Positions 48,902 through 59,250 of a stretch of 64,000 nt of DNA are shown one piece after another. Numbering within the stretch: position 1 is the first letter of the stretch; the number at the start of each line of letters is the position of its first letter. The DNA comes from Dehalococcoidia bacterium (GTDB lineage Bacteria > Chloroflexota > Dehalococcoidia > Bin125). Both the position numbers and the translations under genes were made by a program. The stretch spans positions 96,001-160,000 of the forward strand of contig CAXXSR010000002.1 of NCBI GenBank assembly GCA_963662615.2, read 5' to 3'. A model generated the notes under the pieces. That model had not been told where the DNA came from, ran no database searches, and worked only from the letters and a program-made list of their open reading frames with translations.

Positions 48902-49555
48902 TTAAGGCTGCGCCCAGGTGACGACGGCAGATCCGCCGAGGTCGATCCAGAGGCCGGCGCCGTATTCCAGAACGAAGTCGTTCTGGAGGGCGGGCGGGAG
49001 CGTGGGATTCCAGACGTCGAAGCGTTGGGCGGTGGCGTCCCAGGAATAGGCGCGGCGGATCGGGAGCGTGCCGATGGCCTGGCTCACCGTCGCGCCGTCA
49101 GCGCCGCTCCAGGCGACGAGGTTGAAGCCGGGCCGCAGCGCGACGTCTTGGTTGCGCACGAGGGCGAGCTGTTCCCAGAAGCCGAGATCACCGTCGAGCC
49201 GTTCCGGCGGGACGAAGACCCAGAAGGGCTGGCCGGCGTCGATGCGGGAGAGGTCGTTTCGCGGCGCCTGGCCCACCCGGAACGTCTGGAAGCGGCCGAG
49301 TGCGGCGTCATAGGTGAAGGCGGCGGTGACCCAGGTCAGAAGGGGCCCCAGGACGAGGGCGGGGGCGGCGCCCTCGCCGAGATTGGCGAGGAGCGTCCAG
49401 CCCCCCGCGACCGGGCTGATGACGGTGTCGGCGGGCTGCGCGGACGTGGAGCCGTCCACCGATTGGCCGTGAAGCGCTGCGCCGGCGCCGAAGGGGAGCG
49501 CGAGGGCCGCCAGCAGCAGCAGGATCAGGCCCGAGTGGATGAGGTGGCGCGGCAT
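48902..49555 (-). CDS. secreted protein made only of the tandem domain found at the C-termini of the CSLREA proteins
   Basis: signal peptide; GGWTLL..YDAALGRFQTFR and LRPGFNLVAWSGADG..WDATAQRFDVW..WAQP. Confidence 0.75.
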   Translation of the reverse strand: MPRHLIHSGLILLLLAALALPFGAGAALHGQSVDGSTSAQPADTVISPVAGGWTLLANLGEGAAPALVLGPLLTWVTAAFTYDAALGRFQTFRVGQAPRNDLSRIDAGQPFWVFVPPERLDGDLGFWEQLALVRNQDVALRPGFNLVAWSGADGATVSQAIGTLPIRRAYSWDATAQRFDVWNPTLPPALQNDFVLEYGAGLWIDLGGSAVVTWAQP

Positions 49556-49609
49556 TGGGCGAAATGGTAGGCGACGCCGGAGTCAAGGCCAATGGCGGCG
49601 CGGCGGCGG

Positions 49610-50845
49610 CTACGGCGTCGGGGGCCTGCGGCGGCGTCCCTGGAGCGCGATCGCGCCTGCGACGAGGGCGAGGGCGACGGCCACGCTGGGCACAACGATG
49701 GCGGCGATCAGGCCGGCATCGGAGCCGTCCTCTTGCTCGATGAGTCGGAGGTCGATGCGGGCGTCGGGCTCGTCGGGGAGGGGCGCGTCGGGGTCGAACG
49801 AACCTTCACCCTCGCGCAACTGCTTGGTGATGACTTCGCCACGGCCTTCAATCGAAGCAAGCGCCTGGACGAAGTCCGCGCGGGGGACGCGGACGGACAT
49901 GGCCGCAAACTCCTCATCCTGGTTGACGTTGACGGTTACGCGGTCGATGACGCCGTCCAGCGAGGCGACGAACTCGCGGAGTTCGTTGACGGTGCGGGTG
50001 ACGTTCGAGACTTCAAGAGTAAGGTTGGCGGACGGCGGCTCTGTGATGCGCGCCTCAGGGCCGAAGAGCGAGACGGTGATGGTGGCCAGGGCGACGCGGC
50101 GCTCCAGGAAGTTGAGCTGCCCCTGGAAGCGCTCAATCTCGGAGCGGACGCGGGCGAGTTCGCGCTCGATGGTGAGGATCTCCTGGACGGTGTCGGCGCG
50201 CTGCAGCAGGTTGAGCAGGCTCTCCTCTTCTCGTTCCGTGCTGCGCAGGCGCGCTTCCAGGTCGATGAACTGCTCGGTGACGTCTTGGGAGTTGAGGTTT
50301 TCTTCCTGCACGTCACCGAGCTGCCGGAGGCGCTCAAGCGCGTCGGAGAATCGGTCTTGGGGAACGCGGATGGTGATCTCCGCTTGCGCGCGTTCGCCTT
50401 GGCCGAAGACGGAGAGCTGCTCGACGAACCCGCCCAGCGAGTCGGCCAGCCCCTCGACCTGGGAGACGGCGGGCGGGACGGCGTCGACGGTGATGGCGAT
50501 GAAGCCGTTGGAGATGATGCGGCGCTCGATCACCTGGAGCACGGCCGGCGGCGCTTCCTGGGGACTGGGCGCCGCCGCGGGCTCCGGCTGAGGAGCAAAC
50601 GGAGGCTCGGCCTCCACTCCGATAGCAGCTTGCGATTCCGCGGCGAAAGATCGACCCACCAGACTGGGCGGCTCCGGAGGCCCCTCGGCGAAGGCGATGT
50701 CGGTGGCAAGGGCCTCGTCGAAGGACGCGGGCGCGCCGTCAATGCCTCGTCGCGAGGCGTTTTCGTCGTCGCTGCAAGCGGCGATCAGCACGGGCAGGAG
50801 GAGCAGGATCGCCGCCACCGCGCCCAGGAACCGGATCGATCTCAT
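49610..50845 (-). CDS. DUF4349-domain lipoprotein
   Basis: lipobox IAAC, RRIIS, ITIRVP, QDVTEQFIDLEARL, EIERFQGQL; C-terminal TM. Confidence 0.85.
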   Translation of the reverse strand: MRSIRFLGAVAAILLLLPVLIAACSDDENASRRGIDGAPASFDEALATDIAFAEGPPEPPSLVGRSFAAESQAAIGVEAEPPFAPQPEPAAAPSPQEAPPAVLQVIERRIISNGFIAITVDAVPPAVSQVEGLADSLGGFVEQLSVFGQGERAQAEITIRVPQDRFSDALERLRQLGDVQEENLNSQDVTEQFIDLEARLRSTEREEESLLNLLQRADTVQEILTIERELARVRSEIERFQGQLNFLERRVALATITVSLFGPEARITEPPSANLTLEVSNVTRTVNELREFVASLDGVIDRVTVNVNQDEEFAAMSVRVPRADFVQALASIEGRGEVITKQLREGEGSFDPDAPLPDEPDARIDLRLIEQEDGSDAGLIAAIVVPSVAVALALVAGAIALQGRRRRPPTP

Positions 50846-50956
50846 CTGCTCTCCTCTGTCAATGAAAACGACAGGCGCCCGGCATTTGTTCCGTTCTACT
50901 GTCGCGGGTAGGGGGACCGGCGGCAACTGGGGCGGTCAGGGCCGGGGCAGGGGCGT

Positions 50957-50965
50957 TGGTATAAT
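50957..50965 (+). promoter_or_regulatory. extended -10 promoter for tRNA-Ser
   Basis: TGGTATAAT 12 nt before the tRNA. Confidence 0.7.
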
Positions 50966-50977
50966 GGCATGTCCATG

Positions 50978-51065
50978 GGAGAGGTGTCCGAGTGGTTGAA
51001 GGTGCCGATCTCGAAAATCGGTAGGCCTCAAAAGGGCCTCGTGGGTTCGAATCCCACCCTCTCCG
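50978..51065 (+). tRNA. tRNA-Ser(CGA)
   Basis: GGAGAGG acceptor, CCGAT-CTCGAAA-ATCGG, long variable arm, GTTCGAATC; CCA not encoded. Confidence 0.96.
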
Positions 51066-51640
51066 CTCTTTTTTTGCGAGCGCGAAGAGCGCCTCGCAGC
51101 ATGCAAGGTTTGGATGCCGCGGCGGAGCGCCGGCCCTCTCGCGATGCTCAGGGGCGTTTTCGCAAGCGCGTTTTTTTACAAGCGCGAAGGGCGGGTGGCG
51201 GCAGGCACAGTTGGCATGCCGCGACGGGGCAGTGGCACATGAAAGGCGCGATTTACCCGGCGGGCATCGGGCGAGTCCGGTCGGCGCGCTCCGTTGCGTG
51301 ATCCGTCGGGTGTAGACCGTCGCGCGCGGCCGTGACGGAGAGGTGACCGAGCGGCTTAAGGTGCACGCCTGGAAAGCGTGTGGGGGCGCAAGCCCCTCGT
51401 GGGTTCGAATCCCACCCTCTCCGCTTTTTTTACGAGCGCGAACGGGGCAGCGGCGGCAGGCTCTGTTGGGTGGCCACGGCGGCCGTCTGGCCTTCGCACG
51501 ACGCTCAGGAGCGTTTTTGCAAGCGCTTTTTCACAAGCGCGCAGGGCGGTGGGTGCTGGGGAGGGGTCGAGCGCGTTTTTTTACAAGCGCGAAGAGCGCC
51601 TGGCAGCAGACGACGTAGGGATGCCGCGACGGCCGTCCGC
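51066..51640 (+). repeat. tRNA-trailer repeats
   Basis: T-run followed by RCRAGCGCG at ~51069, 51171, 51425, 51527 and 51575, plus shared GCTCAGG..GCAAGCGC and ATGCCGCG blocks. Confidence 0.75.
51337..51423 (+). tRNA. tRNA-Ser(GGA)
   Basis: CACGC-CTGGAAA-GCGTG, long variable arm, GTTCGAATC; CCA not encoded. Confidence 0.96.
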
Positions 51641-51686
51641 ACTTCGCGTTGCGTACTGAGATCGGTGGGAGCCGATGCGGCCGGCG

Positions 51687-51926
51687 CTAGCGCTCCGATG
51701 AAGGGAGGTGGCCGGCCCGTCGGGCCCGCTCGTAGCGCGAACGCAGCTGTCGCACGGTGGCGTCTCGCTCGCGCCGGGCCTCGCTGCCCGCCTCCCGCAC
51801 GATGGACCGTACCCGTGCGCCGCCGAGCGAGGAGCGCTCACTGTCCGGGCCCTCCGAGCGGCGGCTCACGGCGACGCCGATGACTCCGGCGAGGAAGCCG
51901 AGCAGCAGGCCGCGCCGATAGCCCAC
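51687..51926 (-). CDS. small membrane protein (YtxH-like)
   Basis: GLLLGFLAGVIG TM followed by a charged helix. Confidence 0.55.
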   Translation of the reverse strand: MGYRRGLLLGFLAGVIGVAVSRRSEGPDSERSSLGGARVRSIVREAGSEARRERDATVRQLRSRYERARRAGHLPSSER

Positions 51927-52262
51927 CTACGCCCGCCCCTTCCGGCCCAGGGCGCGGGCCAGCACGCCAACGCCGCTGCGCGCCGCCGCAAAGACGCCGT
52001 AGACCTGGATGACGGGGGCCACCAGCCTGTCCCCGAAGAACTCCGTGGTGCCCTGCACGCCCCGCGCGGTCTCCTGGGCGCTGTCGAGGACGGGGCCCAG
52101 GCCATCCCGCAGGGAGCCTCGCACGGATGCGAGCAGCCGCCAGGCCGTAAAGCCAATGAGCACCGTGAAGATGATGAAGATCAGCAGCGCGACCAGGCCC
52201 GTGATCCCGAAGACGATGACGACGATGTCGCGGAAGTCGTGCAGGAAAGAGAGAACGGGCAT
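51927..52262 (-). CDS. hypothetical membrane protein
   Basis: GAGGA SD; RDIVVIV TM, VQGTTEF..APVI. Confidence 0.65.
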   Translation of the reverse strand: MPVLSFLHDFRDIVVIVFGITGLVALLIFIIFTVLIGFTAWRLLASVRGSLRDGLGPVLDSAQETARGVQGTTEFFGDRLVAPVIQVYGVFAAARSGVGVLARALGRKGRA

Positions 52263-52368
52263 TGCTTCCTCATCAGACGGCGTGCAACGGCGGGGAGTAT
52301 ACCACGCCCATTCATGCGCACGCGCCCGGGCCCTTCTCTGCGGAAGGGCGAACGGCGCGGCGGCGGGG

Positions 52369-53490
52369 TCAGCAGAGGTCGGCGGGGCGGGGCCCGAGAT
52401 CCGCGGCCGGCAGGGCGCGGTAGGTGCGGCTGATGACGCCGCCGCCCAGCACGCGCTCGCCATCGTAGAAAACGACGGCCTGCCCCGGCGCGACCGCGCG
52501 CGCGGAGGAATGGAGTCGCACTGTGGCGCGACGATCCGAGCGAGGGCTGACGCTGGCTGCGACGGGCTCCGTTCGGTAGCGGACCTTGGCCTGGACGGCA
52601 ATGGGCCCTGCGGGCGGCTCCGCGAGCAGCCAGTGCACGTCCTCCGCCTCCAGTCCCTCAACCAGGAGATCGTCTTCGGCGCCGAGCTGGACGCTGTTGC
52701 GGTCGGCGTCGATTGCGGTGACGTACATCTTGGCGCCGGTGGTGATGCCAAGGCCGCGTCGCTGCCCGATCGTGAAATGCTGCACGCCGGGGTGCGATCC
52801 GAGGACCGAGCCAGAGCGGCTCAGCAGGGGGCCGGGGCGGTCGGGCAGGCGCGCCCGCACGAAATCGCGGTAGTCGCCGTCCGGGACGAAGCAGATGTCG
52901 GCGCTGTCGGGCTTGTCGGCGACATCCAGTTGGTATCGCGCGGCGATGGCGCGGACCTGCTCCTTGCGCAGGTCGCCCAAGGGGAACAGCGTCCGCTGGA
53001 GCGCGCGCGGGCTGAGTGTGTAGAGGACGTAGGATTGGTCCTTCTCGCGGTCGCGCGCGCGATGCAGCTGCGGACCGTCGGCTGTAGCGAGGCGGCGGGC
53101 GTAGTGGCCGGTGGCGATGTAGGCGGCCTTGAGCGCGAGGGCCTGTTCCAGGAAGAGGTCAAACTTGATGTAGGTATTGCAGTTGAGGCAGGGATTCGGC
53201 GTGCGGCCCTGCGCGTAGGCGTCGACGAAGGGGTCGATGACGAAGCGCTGGAACGGCTTTTCGAGATTCAGGGTGTAGTGGGGGATGTTAAGCTGCTGCG
53301 CGACGCGTCGGGCGTCGTCCACGTCCTCGACGCCGCAACAGCGCTTGCGAGCGGAGAGGCCGTCGGCGCGCTCCTCGGTCCAGAGGCGCAGGGTGATGCC
53401 GATGGGGTCGTAGCCCGCTTCTTTGACGAGCGCGGCCGCCACCGAGGAGTCGACGCCGCCGCTCATCGCCACGACCACGCGCTCACTCAT
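52369..53490 (-). CDS. mnmA: tRNA 2-thiouridylase
   Basis: AMSGGVDSS, GRTPNPC, ATGHYAR, KDQSY, TIGQRRG, PGQAVVFY. Confidence 0.97.
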   Translation of the reverse strand: MSERVVVAMSGGVDSSVAAALVKEAGYDPIGITLRLWTEERADGLSARKRCCGVEDVDDARRVAQQLNIPHYTLNLEKPFQRFVIDPFVDAYAQGRTPNPCLNCNTYIKFDLFLEQALALKAAYIATGHYARRLATADGPQLHRARDREKDQSYVLYTLSPRALQRTLFPLGDLRKEQVRAIAARYQLDVADKPDSADICFVPDGDYRDFVRARLPDRPGPLLSRSGSVLGSHPGVQHFTIGQRRGLGITTGAKMYVTAIDADRNSVQLGAEDDLLVEGLEAEDVHWLLAEPPAGPIAVQAKVRYRTEPVAASVSPRSDRRATVRLHSSARAVAPGQAVVFYDGERVLGGGVISRTYRALPAADLGPRPADLC

Positions 53491-53680
53491 TGCTGCCGCT
53501 CCGCTGCGGGCTCCGCTGCGGGCTCCGCTGCGGGCTCCGCTGCGGGCATCGCTCCGGTGGAGGCATTGCCCAATACGTCTTGGACGTTGCTATACTCGCG
53601 CCCGCTTCGTGGGCCGGCCCTGGCGGACGCAAGGGCGGGCGCTTTGGCTGACGGCAGCGGGCACGAGAGGGGCGAACAGC

Positions 53681-54016
53681 CTGGACCCATTGACGCTGGC
53701 GCGGCGGATCGCTGACGAACTGGCGGAGAGACAGGCCGAGGCGATCGTCCTGCTCGACATCTCGCAGGTTGCGAACTTCACGGACTTTTTCGTGATCGCT
53801 TCGGCGGGGTCGGCGCGGCAGTTCGAAGCGCTGTCCGAGGCGATGAAGGATCTGCCGGAGACCGCGCCGCCGCGTCGTGAGGGGACCAGCGACTCGGGCT
53901 GGCAGCTGTTCGATTTTGGCGACGTGGTGGTGCATCTGTTCAGCCCCGATGAACGGGCCTACTACAACCTGGAAGAGTGCTGGTCAGCAGGGAGGCAACT
54001 CCTGCGCATTGAATGA
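53681..54016 (+). CDS. rsfS: ribosome silencing factor
   Basis: IVLLDI..TDFFVIAS, EG..SGWQLFDFGDVVVHLF..RAYYNLE..W; likely CTG start. Confidence 0.92.
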   Translation: MDPLTLARRIADELAERQAEAIVLLDISQVANFTDFFVIASAGSARQFEALSEAMKDLPETAPPRREGTSDSGWQLFDFGDVVVHLFSPDERAYYNLEECWSAGRQLLRIE

Positions 54017-54111
54017 GGGGCCGGCGGTCCCTCCCGGCACGAGGCGGGAGGAGGGGCTGTCCCCATTGTAGGCGGGCGTCGTTGCAGGTGGGCGCGCTGT
54101 GTGGATCGCGG

Positions 54112-54567
54112 TTACTCAACGATCCAGCGCTCCAGGTCACGCTGCCAGGGGATGAGTTCCTGGGACGCGAAGAAGAGCGCGACCTCGCGCTCGCCGGCCT
54201 CGGGCGAGTCGGAGCCGTGGACGATGTTGCGACCAATGTCGAGGCCGTAGTCGCCACGGATCGTGCCGGCGTCGGCCTGGAGGGGATCGGTGGCGCCCAT
54301 GACGAGGCGGGCGGCCTGGACCGCGTTGGGCCCCTCGAAGGCAGCGGCGACCAGGGGGCCGGCCGTAATGAACGATTGCAGGCCGGGGAAAAACGGCTTG
54401 TCGACGTGCGCTTCGTAGTGGCGGCGCGCGAGGGCGTCGTCCATCTGCAGGAGCTTGAGCCCCACGAGCTTGAGGCCGCGGCGCTCCAGGCGGCCCAGGA
54501 CCTCGCCCACCAGCCCCCGCTGCACGCCGTCGGGCTTGACCAAGATCAGCGTCCGTTCCGGGCTCAT
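54112..54567 (-). CDS. ndk: nucleoside diphosphate kinase
   Basis: ERTLILVKPDGVQR, GTIRGD, NIVHGSDS. Confidence 0.97.
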   Translation of the reverse strand: MSPERTLILVKPDGVQRGLVGEVLGRLERRGLKLVGLKLLQMDDALARRHYEAHVDKPFFPGLQSFITAGPLVAAAFEGPNAVQAARLVMGATDPLQADAGTIRGDYGLDIGRNIVHGSDSPEAGEREVALFFASQELIPWQRDLERWIVE

Positions 54568-55328
54568 GGCCGTTTCTCCTGCGCTTGGCCCGCTGCCGGG
54601 GCCGTCGACTGCGGGCCAATGGACGGCTCGCGGAGATAGATGGGTTCGAGGCGAGCGGGGTGGAAGTCCCCGCCGGCCTGGAGACGGCGCCACCCCAGCT
54701 CGGCGAGCAGCCCCGCGCGACGTATGCTCGCGGCCAGGCCGGCAACGGTCCAGCCGCCGCCGGTGAGGCGGGCCAGCGTGTCCGCGGGCAGGGCGGCAAT
54801 GTCGCCGCAGAGGACGCCCGCTTGCGGCCGGTCGGCGAGGGCGGCGAGGGCGGCGATGAGCGCGTCCTGCGAATACAGCTTCGGCGCGATCTTTTCTATC
54901 CAGGCCTCGTTGGGACCGTGATAGAGCGCGAGCGCCGCCTGGCCGCGGCCGGCGTCCTGGACGGCGGCGATGGGGCGGGCCGCCGCCGCATGCGCGTATG
55001 CCTCGATCTCCAGGCGGCCGACGCCGACGGCCGGGAGCGGCGCGCCCGCCGAGGGCAAGGCGAGCGCGAGCGCCTCCGCGGCCGCCATGCCGGCGCGAAT
55101 GCCGCTGTATGCGCCCGGGCCCACGTCGACGAAGAGGGCGTGCAGCTGCGAGCGCTCAATGCCGGCGGCCCGCAGCGCGTAGTCGATCGTGGGGATGAGG
55201 CTGGTGGTGTGGCGCCGGCCGCTCTGCCAGGTGACCTCTACGAGGGGGCGTCCGCGGTCGCTGATCGCCACGCTTGAGACCGTCCCGACCGTATCGATGG
55301 CGAGTTCCACGAGCGAATCAGTCCCCAT
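54564..55328 (-). CDS. tsaB: t6A biosynthesis protein TsaB
   Basis: LAIDT, GPGAYSGIR, LEPIYLR. Confidence 0.92.
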   Translation of the reverse strand: MGTDSLVELAIDTVGTVSSVAISDRGRPLVEVTWQSGRRHTTSLIPTIDYALRAAGIERSQLHALFVDVGPGAYSGIRAGMAAAEALALALPSAGAPLPAVGVGRLEIEAYAHAAAARPIAAVQDAGRGQAALALYHGPNEAWIEKIAPKLYSQDALIAALAALADRPQAGVLCGDIAALPADTLARLTGGGWTVAGLAASIRRAGLLAELGWRRLQAGGDFHPARLEPIYLREPSIGPQSTAPAAGQAQEKRP

Positions 55329-55878
55329 CCGGGGCGGCGTCGTGGAGGGCGCGAAGCTGGTGCAGGACGTCGCGCGACAGCGCGCCCTCGGCTTGCCAGA
55401 GCAAGGTGCGGTCCGTCTCGCCGGGGCCAGATTCGATGTGGATGCTGAGCCGATCGGGCGGGAGATCGTCGGGGGCGCGCTCGGGCCACTCCACGACCAA
55501 GACGCCGCCCTGGGCGGCTTCCGCCAAGGCCAGCTCCTGGACTTCGGCGGCGGCGTGGAGGCGGTAGAAATCGGCGTGGAGGAAGGGCAGCCGGCCGCTG
55601 AGGTATTCATTCACGAGCACGAAGGTGGGGCTGTTGACGACCGCGGGAACCCCCAGGCCCGCGGCGACCCCTTTGGCAATGACGGTCTTGCCGCTGCCGA
55701 GATCGCCGAAGAGCAGGACGGCGGTCCCCGGTGGGGCGACGCGACCAAGCGCGACGCCGAGTGCGTGGGTCTGCTCAGGCGTTCGGGTGCCGGCTCGCCA
55801 AGCAGCGATCGGCGCGCTCTCCGCCGCGGGCCGGCCCTTCTGTGTGGAAGGGCGGGCGTCTCCCCTGGAACTGGTCAT
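55318..55878 (-). CDS. tsaE: t6A biosynthesis ATPase TsaE
   Basis: GDLGSGKT, SPTFVLVNEY, HADFYRL, VEW. Confidence 0.93.
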   Translation of the reverse strand: MTSSRGDARPSTQKGRPAAESAPIAAWRAGTRTPEQTHALGVALGRVAPPGTAVLLFGDLGSGKTVIAKGVAAGLGVPAVVNSPTFVLVNEYLSGRLPFLHADFYRLHAAAEVQELALAEAAQGGVLVVEWPERAPDDLPPDRLSIHIESGPGETDRTLLWQAEGALSRDVLHQLRALHDAAPDGD

Positions 55879-56125
55879 GCTGTCGTGAAGTATAGGTGGC
55901 CGTACTCCGTGGCGATGCGCTCCTGTCTCTTCACCGGCTCTATGCTCCGGCTCTATGCTCCGGCTTCATTCTCCGGCTTTATTCTCCGGGCTGGGCCGAA
56001 TCCCATTGCAGGTGGCTTGGTCCTTGCTACTGCGCGACGTCCTCACGGCAGGGACGAGCGCGAAGGGGGGCCGGGGCGGACGGGGTTGGATCGGCGCGAC
56101 GCGCGCCCGTGTGCTGCGCGACGTC

Positions 56126-58753
56126 TTAGCGACGGCGCCCAGACGAGGGGCCGCCCTTGCGCTTGCCGTCTTGACCGTTGGGCGGGCGCTTACGAGCGGC
56201 TGGGGCGTGCCCGTCGCCGGGCGCGGCGTTGCCGTTGCCGTCCGCACCGTCGGGTTGGCCGTCGGGTTCGCCGGCGGGTAGCTCGGTGGGGGCCTCGCCG
56301 TACTCGCGGCCGGTATCGACGACGGCGACGGCGGCGACGTTGATGCCGTCGGTCTTCATCACCGTGACGCCCTGAGTGGAGCGACCGACGCGGGCGATGG
56401 CCCCCACGCCGGTGCGGATGAACTTCCCCTCCGCCGAGATCAGCACAATCTCCTCTTCTCCAGCGAGCTGATAGAGACCCACCAGGCGGCCGGTCTTGGA
56501 GGTGACCTTGTGGGCGATCATGCCCTTGCCGCCGCGGCCCTTGCGCGGGTACTGGGATTCGGCCGTGCGCTTGCCGAAGCCGTTGGTGGTAATGGTGAGC
56601 AGCTCATGGCCGGGATGGATCGCCAGGAGGCCGACCAAGCGGCTCTGCGCGGGAATCTGGATAGCGCGCACGCCGCCGCTGCCGCGTGAGGCCTGGCGGA
56701 GCGAGTCGACGGGGAAGCGCACGGCGAGGCCGCCGTCCGAGGCGACGAGGACGTCGTCGCCGGAGCGAGCGGGCGTGGCCAAGACCAGTTCATCGGAGCC
56801 GCGGAGGTTGAAGGCGATCAGCCCGGCCCGTCGCACGCTGGCGAACTCCTTGAGCGCCGTCTTCTTGATTTGGCCGTCGCGGGTGGCCAAGAGCAGGAAA
56901 TCCTTGTCGAACTGGGGCACGGCGATGATGGCGGTGACGCTCTCCGCGTTCTCAAGCTGGATGAGGTTGCGCAGCGGGAGGCCGCGCCACTCCCGCGTGC
57001 GCTCCTCCACTTCGTGGGACTTGAGCCTAAAGACGCGGCCGCGGTCCGTGAAGAAGAGGAGATTGTCATGGGTGTCGGCGACGAGGAGGTGACAGACGGC
57101 GTCTTCCGTGCGGGTGGTCATGGCCTTGATGCCCTTGCCGCCGCGATGTTGGGTGCGGTAGGTGGCCAAGGGCATGCGCTTGATGTAGCCGCCGCGGCTG
57201 TAGGAGACGACGGTGGCTTGGTGGGCGACCAGATCCTCTTCGCTGAAGTCGTCCGCTTCCGCGTCGACGATGGTGGTGCGGCGGTCGCCGGCGTAGCGTT
57301 TGGTGAGGTCGTCCAGGTCTTCCTTGATCAGGTCATCCACCTTCTTGGGGTCGGCCAGCACTCCTTCGAGGTAAGCGATGGTCTCGTTCAACTGCTTGTA
57401 CTCGTCCTGGAGCTTGCCGCGCTCCAAGGCGGCGAGGCGCCGCAGCTGCATGTCCAGGACCGCCTGCGCCTGCCGTTCGGAGAGGCTGAAGGGGGGGCTC
57501 TGCAGGCGCTGCCGGGCCACGTCCGCCGAGTTGGCCGCGCGAATGGTGCTGATGACCTGATCGATCTGGTCGATGGCGCTGAGCAGCCCCTCCACGATGT
57601 GGTGGCGGCTGCGGGCTTTGGCGAGCTCGAACTCGGAGCGGCGTCGAATGACCTCACGCCGATGGCCGATAAACGATTCCAGGGCCAGCTTGAGCGGGAC
57701 GCGACGGGGGCGACCGTCGATCAGGGCGACCACGTTGACGGCGAAGCCGGTCTGCAGAGGCGTCAAGGTCAAGAGCCGGGCCAAGACGGTCTGGAGGTTG
57801 CCGTCGCGCTTGAGTTCCACCACGACGCGGAGGCCGTGGCGGTCGGACTCGTCGCGGAGATCGGCGATGCCCTCCAGGCGGCGGTCGCGGACGAGATTGG
57901 CGATCTGCTCGATCAGCGCCGCCTTGTTGACTTGGTAGGGCAGCTCCGTGAAGACGATCTGGAGGCGACCGCCCCGCGGCGTGTCCTCCACGTGGTGGAC
58001 GGCGCGCATGATGACCTGGCCGCGGCCGGTGCCGTAGATCTCGCGGAGGCGAGCTTTGTCTCTGCCGGCGAAGGCCATAGCGCCGGTGGGGAAATCCGGG
58101 CCCTGGACGGCGCTGAGCAGCTCCTCGACGCCGGCGTCCGGGGTGTCAAGGAGGATCTTGATGGCGGCGGCGATCTCGCCCAAGTGATGGGGCGGAATAT
58201 TCGTGGCCATGCCGACGGCGATGCCGGTGGAGCCGTTGACCAGGAGGTTGGGCAGGCGGGAGGGCAGGACGGTGGGCTCTTGAAGCGAGTCGTCGAAGTT
58301 GGAAGCGAGATCGACGGTCGCCTTGTCGATGTCGGCGAGCATCTCCTCCGCCAGCGGGCTCAGGCGCGCTTCGGTGTAGCGCATGGCGGCGGGGGGGTCG
58401 GCGTCGATGGAGCCGAAGTTGCCCTGTCCGTCGATGAGGGGGTAGCGCAGGCTGAAGTCCTGGGCCATGCGGACCACGGCCTCGTAGACGGGGGCTTCGG
58501 AGTGGGGATGGTACTTCCCCAAAACCTCGCCGACGATGCGAGCGCACTTTCTGAAGGGGGTATCCGCGCGCATGCCGAGGTCATGCATGGCGTAGAGGAT
58601 GCGGCGGTGGACCGGCTTGAGGCCGTCGCGGATGTCCGGCAAGGCGCGGGCGACGATGACGCTCATGGCGTAGTCCAGGTAGGACACGCGCATCTCGTCA
58701 CTGATCGGGCGAATTATGGGGGGTCGAGGAGCGCCGGCGTCAACGCTCACCAT
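56126..58753 (-). CDS. gyrA: DNA gyrase subunit A
   Basis: [25 protein letters not shown], GyrA-box QHRGGKG, beta-pinwheel CTD. Confidence 0.93.
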   Translation of the reverse strand: MVSVDAGAPRPPIIRPISDEMRVSYLDYAMSVIVARALPDIRDGLKPVHRRILYAMHDLGMRADTPFRKCARIVGEVLGKYHPHSEAPVYEAVVRMAQDFSLRYPLIDGQGNFGSIDADPPAAMRYTEARLSPLAEEMLADIDKATVDLASNFDDSLQEPTVLPSRLPNLLVNGSTGIAVGMATNIPPHHLGEIAAAIKILLDTPDAGVEELLSAVQGPDFPTGAMAFAGRDKARLREIYGTGRGQVIMRAVHHVEDTPRGGRLQIVFTELPYQVNKAALIEQIANLVRDRRLEGIADLRDESDRHGLRVVVELKRDGNLQTVLARLLTLTPLQTGFAVNVVALIDGRPRRVPLKLALESFIGHRREVIRRRSEFELAKARSRHHIVEGLLSAIDQIDQVISTIRAANSADVARQRLQSPPFSLSERQAQAVLDMQLRRLAALERGKLQDEYKQLNETIAYLEGVLADPKKVDDLIKEDLDDLTKRYAGDRRTTIVDAEADDFSEEDLVAHQATVVSYSRGGYIKRMPLATYRTQHRGGKGIKAMTTRTEDAVCHLLVADTHDNLLFFTDRGRVFRLKSHEVEERTREWRGLPLRNLIQLENAESVTAIIAVPQFDKDFLLLATRDGQIKKTALKEFASVRRAGLIAFNLRGSDELVLATPARSGDDVLVASDGGLAVRFPVDSLRQASRGSGGVRAIQIPAQSRLVGLLAIHPGHELLTITTNGFGKRTAESQYPRKGRGGKGMIAHKVTSKTGRLVGLYQLAGEEEIVLISAEGKFIRTGVGAIARVGRSTQGVTVMKTDGINVAAVAVVDTGREYGEAPTELPAGEPDGQPDGADGNGNAAPGDGHAPAARKRPPNGQDGKRKGGPSSGRRR

Positions 58754-59250
58754 AGGCAGCGACCTTTCGTGCCGACCAGATGGTTTCGAGCCGCGCAGGC
58801 CCTGCCAGCCTGGCCAGACGGCGGCGAACGCTCGTTGGGCCAGCCGCCGCCGTGCCGGTCACGGGGGTAGGCCTGGAAGCATCGCCTTGGAGCGCGCGAC
58901 GAGCGCGGACTCGAATATTTTATCACGGGCCGCGGTTGCGAGGGTGTCCGGCTGCGCCCCGGAGGCGGGGCGATTTCCACCCAGAACAGGTCTCGTTCAG
59001 GGAGCGATCAGCTTGGCCGCGAAGTCCGGCTGCGAGCGGTCGATCACCGTCCAGTGCCTGGGGAGCGTGTTGGAGTCGCCGGGGAGCAACGACGGGCCCA
59101 GGGCGATGCCGGGGCGAGGTTGATCGGGCGCGTCGATGGGGGTGGGGATGGGGAAGGCGGGTTAGGCCGTGGGCGAGGCGGCATTAGGGCATTCCCATCT
59201 CCGTTGCCTCTGGTGGCGCTTCGATGATGGCGCCAGGGGGAGATACTGCT

